DNA of 64,000 nucleotides, taken from the NCBI RefSeq assembly GCF_018350175.1, contig NC_058382.1:61072001-61136000 (forward strand). Reading direction: 5' to 3'. Both the position numbers and the translations under genes were made by a program. This DNA comes from Felis catus. Taxonomy: Eukaryota. This document shows positions 15,101 through 26,304 of the stretch, piece by piece. Position 1 is the first letter of the stretch; each line of letters opens with the position of its first letter. The notes below the pieces were generated by a model, which did not search any database, was not told the origin of the DNA, and saw only the letters and a list, made by a program, of their open reading frames with translations.

Positions 15101-18100
15101 GCCCTTCACGGTCACGTACATGCCGCCTCCAGCGCGCAGCAGTGGAGCCAGAGTCCTTCCCCAGACAGGGACAGTCCCAGAGGAGAAGTCACAACAGCCA
15201 CCCCTTCCGATCTTACGGAACCAGGGTGACCGTGATTTCAGTAAATACGGGAGTGTCCCCAGACCCCTAACGCAGAGCGCACGAGTAGCTCACATGTCAG
15301 CACTGCTGAATAAACATCCAGATACTGGACACAAGAGTGTTTTTCACAAAATAAAACAAACCTTAATTTCTCATTGCTACAAAGAAACGTTCAGGTACTG
15401 AGAACAGGCAGTTCCCGATGCTTCTGATGGGGCGGTGCTCTGAAGGGCATGGCGGGGCGGGTGGGAGAGAGGGCGCTGTGTGGCCTCTGGGGACGGGCAG
15501 GGCCCACCTTGGTGGCTTCGGGAAGGAAGTGGCTTCGGGAAGGAAGTAGCGGGGCTTACGTCCACACTAAAGGACGGAAAACTGCAACACAGCAGTGGGC
15601 TCATGCAGAAGCCTGAAGAGGGTGGGTGGGCACGGAAATGAGCCTAAACATTTGCTTACAGATTTAAGCTGAGGAGAAATTTAATCATACACAAAGTAGA
15701 CAGATTAGTATACTTTGAAGCAAGCGCACACATCGTAGAATTTCATCACCAACACCGCAAGTGGAGACTGGGCAGCGGGCCTCAGGCGACCTGCCCGGGA
15801 GAGGCCACCTTGTGAGGCCTCCGCCTCCTGTTCAGCGGGGAGGGGGCAGGCTGCCTTCCCCAGCAGCCACGGGAGGAGCCGTCTCCGAGCTTCTTTTTCC
15901 TAGAAGACGCCAGGCTGCTTTGGGCAAGCACACGCGGCCCGTCCCTCCTGCTCCCAGACAGACCTGGCTCCGGAAGGACGAGCTGTCCGGGGTGCCTTGT
16001 GGGCAGCTAAAGTGACCAACCACCTGCGGCGGTCTGGCTTGGATGCAGAGTGTGTCCAGCTTTCACCACAGACGAGCCGTATTGCTCTTGGCAGGCCGCC
16101 CCCAGGCCTGACTAAGCACTGCGGAGGCCCCTCACGGGGGTCGAGGAACCAGGACAATGCTCTCCGGTGGCTCGGTGGTCCCTAGGAGGGGGCTCAGCAG
16201 CCTCTTCTTCCCACCTGGGGGGCACAGCTGAGGAGGCTATTTGTCGCTCAGGGCCCCGAGTTCTGGAGCCTTCCGCGGCTCTCCCCTCCCGGTGAGCGCA
16301 GGGCCGCATCTTCCCAGCAGAGGGCGCCGGAGGGACACAGCAGGAGCAGGGGGCTGGGCAGGGTGGGGGGGGATACAGGGAACCTCGAGCAGACCCGGCC
16401 TGGCCCCGAGGGGACTGGAGTCCCCCAATCTCAGTCACTCGGCACCCACAGTTCACTCCTTCAGTCTTTCCCCGCGTGGCTTCTGCCTCCTGACTCGGTG
16501 GGGGAGGCACAGCCCAGCGGCCGGGAACCACCTGGCCAGAGGTGTGCAGCTCTCAGAGTCTGCACCCGGCTCGGGCACTCCGCTCGGCAGAGGTGCAGAC
16601 GGGACCGAGGCCTCCGGGGCCAGCCGGGGGCCCCACAGCCCGCTTCCCAGTCCTGTGTGTGACGCATACAGATTCGAGTTCGAAATCTCAGGCTCCTGAT
16701 TCAAGTCCTGCACGACATGCGCAGAAGAATCCTCTCACTGGACAATCTAGCTGTGTTATCTTAACAAAGCAGATGTAGCCGATGTAAAACCGGCCCCCAA
16801 AACGATCATAACAGGAGGGCAAACACCATATTTCATATGTATTTAGATTTCTGTAACATAGTCCTTGGCCGGGAAATTCTATTTTTTAAATGTTCTTCGC
16901 TTTTTTCCTACCCAACGGTGACTCCTTCCCTGCCTTCACCTGGACCCACAACTCACAGAGAAACAACGGGCGCACTCCCTGCGCGCCCCGAGAGTCTCCC
17001 GGACGCCCCAGAGGACCCAGGTGGGTTCAGGCGAACCCACCTGGCAGCCTCTCGCTGAAACACTGGCCAGCAACAGACGAATCCAGAAGGCCGGCCGGAA
17101 GCACAGGAGCCCAAGAAGCCAGCGGAAGATGAAGCGGGAAGTGCCAAGAAGTCCTCCCCAGCAGAGCAGAGCCGACAGCCCGAGAGCAGCCGCCTACCCA
17201 GGCGCATGCGCAGCTCAGACAGCAAGTTCTCTCAGGAAGCGGCTCTTAACAGCGGTTCCCTAACTCACAGCGAGGCTGCTGGGGCATTTACAGGAACATC
17301 CCGGAAGCCAGACGGCAGCCTCACACCCCCAGCACCCACACAGCTGACGACCAAATAGCAACCCCAGGCCCCCCACCACTAAGACTGGTGTCGGCACCAC
17401 AAACAGGAGGGAGGACGTCCAGGCTGCGCTAACTGCCCTCATTTCCTCTGGGCCTAAAGCCTGACCCACAGAAACGTCTGCGAGCCCAGGGCACCCACAT
17501 GCATCCGCGGGCCCCTCCCTGTCCCCGCTGTGCCAGCTCAGCCACAGGAGCCGTGGGCCACGTCGAACCCTCGTGAAGGACCCCTGGGGGGCTCACAACC
17601 TTCCTCAATATCCTTGCCGGCAAAACCAAGCCCACTTCTCTGGCTTTTACATGACTGGACATATGCTCAGGGAGCTCCTGCACAGGAGGAAGCGGGGGAG
17701 GGACCTATGACCTCGTGAATAAAAGCCACGGCACAAACACATTTCCAGGCTGTTCCCTCTGCCGTTTCTCCCCATTTTCTAGCCTGCTTATCTGGTCTCA
17801 GGCCCTGCCCACTTTCCCGCTACCTGACGTGGACCCTCACACGCAGGAAGCCCCATCCACACCCATTTCTGGCAGGGGCCTCTGTTCCTTGCCCTCTGGT
17901 TGAATTCACCGCAGGTTCGATGGCCCCCTGGGTGCTGTGTGGCCCTTTTCGCCCGTGCCCGCGAATGGTTCACATGTCTACAGAGCAGTCAGATGACCGG
18001 CAGGCTGGGCAGGCCCCTGAGCACGGAGGTCAAGAGGAAGAGGGAGCTTGGGCTGGCAGGAGAAAGCATGGGCCCCAAGAGCTGCTCAAGAAGGCACTGA

Positions 18101-18194
18101 CTTTCAAGTGTGTGCGCCCAGTGTTATTAGCCCCCCACGCACACACACACATACAGAGACAGAAGTGCACGCTGTGTGCAGACTCACGTTCACG

Positions 18195-18245
18195 TACACA
18201 CACGCACACGCACGCACACACACGCACACACACGCACACGTGCAC
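18195..18245. repeat. Imperfect (CA)n/(CACG)n microsatellite
   Basis: Directly visible. Confidence 0.9.
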
Positions 18246-18827
18246 AGCCCTGCCCTGCACCCCAGGCCCCGCCACACCCGCGGGAAAACTGCACTGACTC
18301 TGGCTCCCTCTCAGTGCTCCCTCTGGCTTCTATTTCAAACAACTGGGTTTAATTTGTGCGCTTTTGTAGCCCTAAGGGAAAACACGCTTATTCTCCAACA
18401 CAGGACTTTCAGGGGACTGGACAGAGCCAGGGGGGCCCGGGGACCTCAGGGCAGAGGAGCCCACGCTGATGGTCACAGCTGGGCACATACCAGGAGCCTG
18501 CCCGGGGGAGTGTTCCTGCCTGGCACTCCTGGGGGGTTCCCTGCGTGTGAGCCTTTCCTGTCCGCACCGAGTCAGCCCGAACATCAACAACAGAGATGTC
18601 CTTGCAGCTCGCTCTGGACCCCACCCAGGCCTCTAGCACAACTCCTCAGAGAGTCCTGGTGCAAAGCCGAGGGGTGCAGAGAGGCTGGGGGGGGCCCTGT
18701 CCTGGCGGCCCACCCCAGGCAGGGACCAGTGTCAGGAGACGCCTGAGGGAGGGAGGCCAGCACACTTTCTGTGGAGGAGGAGAGTCAGGCGGGGGTGGTC
18801 AGCAGGGAGGGAGGGCAGCGCCTGTAC

Positions 18828-18966
18828 CTGTGTCCGAGTCCTTCTGCTCTCCATTGGCCCCCACAGTGAAGGGCAGCTTCCGCTTGGTTGCTCGCTCCCT
18901 CACCTCCTTCCCTCCATCGCTGCGGTCCAGCTTTGGGGTCTTGGTCAGAGAAACTTTATCTTTATC
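18828..18966 (-). CDS. ANKRD11: ANKRD11 coding exon (139 nt), DKDKVSLTKTPKLDRSDGGKEVRERATKRKLPFTVGANGEQKDSDT
   Basis: ttttctag|GATAAAG acceptor, CAG|gtacag donor; phase fits both neighbours. Confidence 0.95.
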
Positions 18967-20581
18967 CTAGAAAAGAAAGCGACGCTTTCAGAAGACGTCA
19001 TTCCCAGATTAAGTTTTCAGAGTCCTCACATCTACTACGATTTCAGTTCACGTGCCCAGTAGAGCAAATCTCGTGTGTGGACAATCGGCAGCACCTCCCG
19101 CCCTCCGGGCCCACATAAGCACACGCGGCTTCCTGCACCTTCCTCTGGCCCCAGGCAGCCCCGCTGGTCATCCTGAAACCGGACCATCATCAGCAAGACA
19201 CCAGAGAGACACAAGTTGCCTCCAGTGCGGCTTTCCCAGGGAGGGATTAAATAAGGGGGAAAAGAGCCGGCCGTGAACAGGCAGTGCTGGCGGGTAGAGA
19301 GTCCTGTCTTCCACTCCGAGCTCCTCTGCCCGCAGGGCCTCCCCCAGGTGCTGCGCCCCTCCTTTCCCGGAAGGGGCCTGCCCGGGACACCAGGGGGTGG
19401 CTCTCGGGGACAGATCCTGCGGGCCAAAGCCCTGTGGCGGTTGTGGGGGAGAAGGGGGGAGACGTGCTGCCATCACCTCCTTCCTATTCTAGTCTCGGGG
19501 TGGCTTTGCTGCGGGGTGAGGATCACGAAGCCCGCATCCCAGCGCCGTCCTGACCAGCGGGCCGGGCCGACACGGGTGAGTCAGCACCAAACCTGCCCCG
19601 GGGCCGCCATCCGCAGAATGACAGCACCCACTCAGGATGAGCAGGTCCCGTGTGGAAGCGGAAGGTGCCTAGGGCCCCAGAGGGCAGGGGTGGGGCAGCC
19701 CTATCCCAAAGTGCAGGTGGCGGTAGGGTGGGTGGTGATGGACCCGGCACCGAGCGGAGGCAGGAGCCCCCCCCCCATCCCCCCCGGCCCCCTGCCGGCT
19801 GCAGTAGCTGACAGCCCTGGACCCCCCAGAGCCCTGGCTGACGACACCGTCCTGGGTGGGGACAGCTCGGTGGGGTCCTCCACAATTCTAACCAACACGC
19901 TGGCCCCGTGCGCTTGTGGCACGGCACCACCCCCCGCCTCCCGGCCCCGTCCACAGTACAGCAAGAGGCTCCGAGGGGCACGCAGAGGGCTGACGTGGGC
20001 GGGACATGCAGAGCTGGCTCCCTTCCCCGCCGGGAAGCTGGTTCCCTGCAATTTTCCCCGGGGAAGCTGTTAGCAAACGTGGTCCAGCCACAGCCACGCG
20101 CCCATGCCACCCCCACAGCAGCAGGGGTCCTTGGGGCTGCTCCTGGGAGGCGCCACCTGCCAGGACTGAGCACAGCCACGGTCCCTACGGCCCACGCTCC
20201 TGACAGCCCTCCGGCTTCAGCAGCTAGCATCTACCAACCACGGCAGTCAACGGGAGACCCTCAAATGAGCAGGGACACTGCTGCTGGAACACACTGCCAG
20301 CTTCGAGGGCACGTGGAGTGCAGAGAGGGGCCCAGGGCAGGGATGAGGAAGGGATCCTGGGAGACGGGGCTGCACAGACATGCCCCTCATGGCCTGCACC
20401 CTGCCACCCCTAGCCCTGACCGAAGAACACCCACCAGCAAAACCCCCGAACTGTGTAAACACTTTCCCACCAAGAATGCTCCTGGCGAGTCTGACCTATG
20501 GGTATATAAAAGAGATGATATAAATAATAGCAATCACAAAGCATTCAGGAATGCAAGAAATTTCGAAGATCAGCGTAACGT

Positions 20582-20797
20582 GGGGCGCCTGGGTGGCTCC
20601 GTGGGTCATCAGACTCTTGATTTCGGCTCAGGTCATGATCCTAGGGTCATGAGATCGAGCCTGTGTTAGGCTCCACACTGACACCAAGGGACCTGCGTGG
20701 GATTATTCTCTGTCTCCCCCTCTGTCCCTCGGCCCTCCCCCCGCTTGCCACGCATGCACACTCACTCATGCGCTCTCAAAATAAACAAACTTAAAAA
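20582..20797 (+). mobile_element. CAN-SINE
   Basis: ggggcgcctgggtggctc head, CT-rich body, A-rich tail. Confidence 0.9.
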
Positions 20798-20809
20798 GAA
20801 ATCAATGTA

Positions 20810-22400
20810 AATAAAGAAAATCATATGACCACCCCAACAGTTGCAAAAAAGCCTGTGATAAAATTCAACACTGATCCCGACAAGAGCTCTTGGCACACAG
20901 GCGCAAGGTCCCCAACACCTGACGGCCGACAAGGGGGTGTCTCCTCTAAGAGGGAGGGGTAAGGATCACCACAGCTACTGCAGAACGTAACAACTGTTTC
21001 TAAATGAGCAAAAAATCTGAATGTGCGCTTTGCAAAGGAACTATCCACGTAACTGACTCACATTTGGGAAGATGTTCTGCATTAGGATAATGCAAACTAA
21101 AACCAGGAGGAGATACCAATGCCGCGACCAGAGCAGCTAACAGGAGGGGCTGAGTCTGGCTTCAGGTCAGGTCAAGATCTCACGGTTCGGGGGTTCAAAC
21201 CTCATGTTGGGCTCTGTGCTGACAGCTCGGGGCCTTGCTGGGACTCTCTGTCCCCCTCTCCCTCTGCCCCTCCCCCGCTCATGCTTGCTCTAGCTCTCAG
21301 AATAAAGAAAAGTTAAAACAAATAATAAAATGAGAGGTTGGCTGCATCAAACGCTGTCAAGAACGCGGCAGAGCTGTTGCTGGCGGGAAATCCAAACAAC
21401 GTCAAGGCACAGAGGCCCTGTGCTCACGAACAGCACTCCTGCTCAAAACAATAGAAACGAAACTTCACAACCGCCCCTCAGAGGGCAAATGGATAAACCA
21501 AGTCCAGCCCAGCCACGAACGGAAAGTTCCAGTGTCAGAAAGGCACCGGCACACACAGCCTCCCGGAGTGGCTCCCGGGAGCAGACGGGACCCCTGTGCT
21601 CAGTTGCCGAATCCAGACACAATCTCCTCCGGAATCGGATTTGGCTCAATCCTGTCCCCGCCACTTTCCCTCAGCAAAAACAACGTATTAGTCTTAAGAT
21701 GTCATGAGTATATGTGTGAAAATCAAGCCATTCAAATTAATAGGTGAATCAGGAGCTGCTAGATGCAGAAAAGTAGCTGGTTTTTATGGACAAGCAACAG
21801 TTGGAAAATAACGTTAAAATATCACTTAGGTTACTATCAAAAGACATCAAATACACAAGACAATCTAACAAAAGATGTTTAAGTCCTTCACACAATTGGA
21901 ACACATTTCTGAAGAAAATGAAGACTTCTAAAAATGGAGGAACACCCATGTTGGTGGGTCAGAAAATGCAAAAACTGTTCATGTGGCAATTCTCTCCGGA
22001 CCCATCTTTGCGTTCAAAGTGATCCTGTCAAAATACCAGCAGGCTTTCTTTGGAAATCAACCGGCTTATTCCAGAACATATATGGAAATGCAAAGGGTCA
22101 AAATTAGCAAAGACGATTCTGGAGAACAACAAAGTCTGGCAGACTGAACTGCAGACAACCAGACTAAAATTCTAGCAGCCGCTCGAGGGGGTCGTGGACC
22201 AAGGGCCAAAGGTTCAGAAGGAAGAGCAGAGGACAAAGGCGGGGGAGGGACGCTTTCCAGTAAGTGACGGTGACCATGTGAACACCCACAGGGAAGGAAA
22301 TGAACACTGGGCCCCCACCTTAGGTGGCAAACATTGGCCCCACGTGAATCACAGACTGAAGGGACAGGAGAGTACCCTCACAGAGAGGGACACAGGTGAA
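20810..22400 (+). mobile_element. Degraded L1 fragments (ORF2/3' end)
   Basis: dsA-rich L1 ORF2-like text such as gataaaattcaacac, aaaataccagcaggctttc, tatggaaatgcaaaggg. Confidence 0.6.
21146..21329 (+). mobile_element. CAN-SINE, 5'-degraded
   Basis: gatctcacggttc...gggctctgtgctgacagc, CT tract, A tail. Confidence 0.8.
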
Positions 22401-24862
22401 CCAGCAAGGTCCCCCCCACTCCCCCTCGGGTGGCTAGAGGAGAGCCAAACCAGCTGTGTGACAGGGACAGGGGCCGGCCTCAACTTCCCCAGCGTCTGGG
22501 GCGCAGAACTGAGGCGGTCACCTTGACAAACTGCCAAACCGGGTCTACCAGCGTGCACGCGCTCGCGCCATCACCTGCCGCGCCCCCGCAGGAGCGGCCC
22601 GAGTGCTCCTGGGTGGCAGAACGCGTCCGGAAGTGGCTGGACATTCGTCCATGGCAACCGCACAGCGAGCCAGGGAGGGGCTGCTACGGGGAAGGCCCTC
22701 TAAGTCGGACGTGATAGTGACCAGCTCGTCCCTCTTACAAGCCCCCCCGGGGGGAGACTCCTCCATGGTAACCCACGTTGGGGACCTCCCAGGACGGTGA
22801 CAGTGCTACATATTCTGATCCGGATGGGGATTCAGCCCAGGTTTTGAAAGTGAACTAGAAGACATGACCTCTATTTCACCAGAAGCGCTGACAGTCCTTG
22901 GGTCCCAACTCCTCACCTCACTGGCCGTGCAGGGAGACCAAACACGTGCCACATAACCAGAGAGGGTCAGGGGCTCACCCCTGAGACGCGCAGCAGCTCT
23001 GACAAGACTCTCGGCGCACACGTGGCTTCAGAAGCTGGCTGAGCAGCTGGGCTGCGGCAGGGAGCTCACTCGGGTTTGCTGGGCTTCCCTCGCTAGCACA
23101 ACGGGGATCGCCACAGGAGCTAAGAAAATGTTTATCTTGGCTGGCACAGGGGCAAAAAAAAGTACAAAGCTACCTTACTTCAGAAAATAACAGAGCCAAA
23201 CTCACACATCTCCGGTGGCAAATGCGTAGGGGCTGCCCCTGCGGACCCCAGCGGGCCCCTATGGCCCAGTGAGCGTTCTCCCGTAAAAGAAAGCGACTCG
23301 CACCGGCCTGGAGCAAGCCCTGTGTTAGAAGGCAGCCGGGAGGGCACAAGGCCCACACAGCCGCCCCTTCAAGACAGGTGCGGAGCTCTGGACACCTTTT
23401 CTGGCGCCACCTGGGTTGGCGAGTCCTTCTGGGCAGGCCGTGCACACGGAGAACCGGGCCGGTGGACACAGCAGTCTGGAGCCCCTGCTGCCCACCCACG
23501 TGGAGGAGCCAGCCGGGGTAGGGCTGCGCGGGGCCGCTCCCTGGTCCTGTGACCACGCAATCCACACGCAGACTCGGGGACCATGACCACCAAGGACAAC
23601 CTGGCCACTCGGGGCGAAAGTGTCCCAGAGTGGGAGCTACCAAGGTCCCCCACGCACATCTGTCCCCACGGCTCCAGCTCCTCGCGGGCACGCCCATCAC
23701 GAGCTGCTCCCGGACCCTCCACAGGCCTCCCGGGCACGCACACCTCTCCTATGCGAGCTCGGGCCACGCGCAAGCCTCGGCCTGCCCACAGCTCCATGCC
23801 GTGGCTCCCACCCGTTACTGCACTGGGTGCTGGGGGACAGGACAAGTGGGAGAGAATGTGCAGCCACAAATGCCCAGACGCCAGGGCCTCAGAGGCCCGG
23901 CCACCCTGACGAGCACCGAAGCCGATGTTCACGACCCGATCCACGTTGCACCTAAACCAATGGGCCGCACGGCTCTGCTCACTCTGTCCTCACGTGGAAG
24001 ACATACCCCACCCAACCAGGCACCACCGGAGACGTCTCGGCAGGTGCACCGACAAGAGAATCTCCGTTCATACCCAAGTGCTGAGACAGACGGGGCAGGG
24101 AGGCAGCTCAGAAGACCAGCACCGGGGACGAGAGTCACGCAGGCCACCGTGCAGATGGCCTGTCACGCGGGCATCAAGGGAGACAGGGACGCGTCAAGAC
24201 CGAAGGTGGCGACGAGGGCAGTGCCGCGCCACGGGCGAGGCAGCATGGCCCTTACCTCACCTGCAACAGCACAGCCACGGGTGTCCCTGCTGCAGACGTG
24301 CTCGCGGTCACAAACAGAGCACCCGGCAGGGCCTGCACCTGCTTCCTTCCGTCCGACTCCAAGTCCACGCTCACAAGTGGCACCCCAGGCTGCAGGACAG
24401 GGGTACCTGGAGCCCAGAGTTGACAGCACTCTTCTAAGACAGGGGAATTTAGAGTTATACTGCCTTTTCCTATTCACATGCAGAATGAGCCAAACTGGAA
24501 GTCAAAGAACATACCCCACAGAGTTTCTGCTCAGGAAAAGGCAAAGATGGCTGAACGACAGACTTGGTTTCAACGAAGCCATGACAGGCATCTGTGGCCC
24601 CGAGAGCCAGAAACAGGCCAAAATGACATCATCTCCACTACGAGACACACGTCTCGGTTACGTGTACAGGAACATCAAATTTAAAGCTTAACTTCGGTCC
24701 CCGAGTCGCGAGCACATCCTTAAGATCAAGGTCCTCTTTGGCAAGAGCAGATGGTCTCTGTCTCACCACGGCCGCAGAGGGAACGGGGACGGACGGACAG
24801 CCAGAGCAGGCGAGTGTCCAGCACTGGGGAGCCAGCAAGGAGGAGGGCAGCTCAGGCGTTAC

Positions 24863-24949
24863 CTTTTTCCCCGTTTGTTTCTCCACCATGTCGTTGCTGA
24901 GGGAAAAGTCTTCGTGCTGTGGTGTTCTAGAACACCCGCCCTTGGGCAT
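24863..24949 (-). CDS. ANKRD11: ANKRD11 first coding exon (87 coding nt), MPKGGCSRTPQHEDFSLSNDMVEKQTGKK
   Basis: ATG at 24949, AAG|gtaacg donor; N-terminus recognisable as ANKRD11. Confidence 0.95.
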
Positions 24950-25010
24950 CGTTCTTCTCCCCTCACCCGATCTTCATTTATACCGCCATCGCTTCGTCAT
25001 CAACCGTCTG
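24950..25010 (-). other. ANKRD11: 5'UTR part of the first coding exon (acceptor at 25007 or 25010), containing three short uORFs
   Basis: ttctctcttttggagcag|acggttg polypyrimidine acceptor; ATGs at 25000, 24989 and 24977, each closed by a stop before 24949. Confidence 0.85.
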
Positions 25011-25584
25011 CTCCAAAAGAGAGAACACAGAGGGTCAATCAGGGTCAATGCAGACAAGGCCCAGCCAATCTCAAGTCCGTGCCCCAGAACGGACTGAATG
25101 TCATGTGCTGCTCTGATGGGCTGTGCTCCACGCGGGGACAGGTGCCCAGGAGGGGACCTCAGGACTGACTGCCCAGGGAGTGGAGGTATACTCCAAGATG
25201 CAGAGCTTGGCCCTGTTCTTCTGGGGGCCCTTCCCCTGCCCCCCCGGGCAAGATCACATCCCAGGTGCACCCTCTAAGCCATGGCCTCGACCCTACTCAT
25301 CCTCTAGGAGAGCAGCCCCCTTCCCGCGCAGCCCCCTTCCCGCACAGCCCCAGACAGAAGGTTGGGACAAGAATCCTTTACTTTCCAGAAAGCACCACAC
25401 GGACCTCAATTCTCCAAATTCTCCCAAATAAAATGAGCAGAAAGCAGCCATGTGATGCCTCTGAGGGGGTTCTCACGGTTCCCCAGATGTCCAGAAGGCT
25501 TTGATGCCCAGATCGGTGCCCAACGAGCCAGACCCCACCCAAGGGCCTGAGGCCCAGCCCCTGCACTTCCCCGGACACACACTG

Positions 25585-26040
25585 TGTTGTTTATCATACT
25601 TTTTATTTTCTGTATTTTGACGTTCTGACCTGTTCAAAAACACAACACAACCTTGCTACCTGGGGAGAGACTGCCCCCCCCCCGCCCCAGCTGGCCTTTT
25701 CTTAGAGACAGCAAACCTCTCCTACACAAACCTACCAGCCACCCCCTTATGAAGCACGTGCAGGCCAGCCACCAGGCAACTGGAGACCAGTGCACAGCCC
25801 ACAGCCGGATTCAGATTAGCCAGTCCTAAGCTGTCCACCGTGTCTGCCTGCTTTCCCTGCAGAAACCCCAGCAAAGGCTCTGGCAAAGACCTCGTCCTGG
25901 CTCCTATCGAACGCCTCCTGGCCATCCTGTTCCCTGGTGGCCTTGTGCGGGCTCCCTCTGGGACGTGAGAGTACAATCAACTTCCTTTCAGTGTCTGCCC
26001 GTGGCTGTGTGACCTGACCGCACCAGGGCCCCTTCCAGCC
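25585..26040 (+). mobile_element. Old ERVL-class LTR (MER54/MER74-like)
   Basis: Diverged motifs gactgccccc...cttagagacagcaaac, attagccagtcctaagc, gaaaccccagcaaaggctct resemble this family. Confidence 0.5.
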
Positions 26041-26133
26041 CTTCTGGACCTTCTGTCTGCTCCCTGCATACACGCTGTGTTCCTCTTTATACTTTTTACA
26101 TTTTCATCATCAGAGTTAGAAAACGTTTTGTCA

Positions 26134-26304
26134 TTTTTTTTAAGTTTATTTATTTATTTTGAGAGAGACAGAGACAGCGTAAGCAGGGGAGGGGTAGAGA
26201 GAGAGTCCCAAGCAGACTGGACTGCCAGTGCAGAGCCCCATGGGAGGCGGGGGGTGTTGAACCCACGAAACTGTGAGGTCATGACCTGAGCCACCCAGGC
26301 GCTC
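26134..26304 (-). mobile_element. CAN-SINE
   Basis: ttttaagtttatttatttattttgagagaga...gagccacccaggcgc. Confidence 0.85.

Noticed and set aside
23549..24691. 380-aa plus-strand ORF
   Set aside because: Non-ATG start in a GC-rich intron, no recognisable domain; expected by chance at this GC content.
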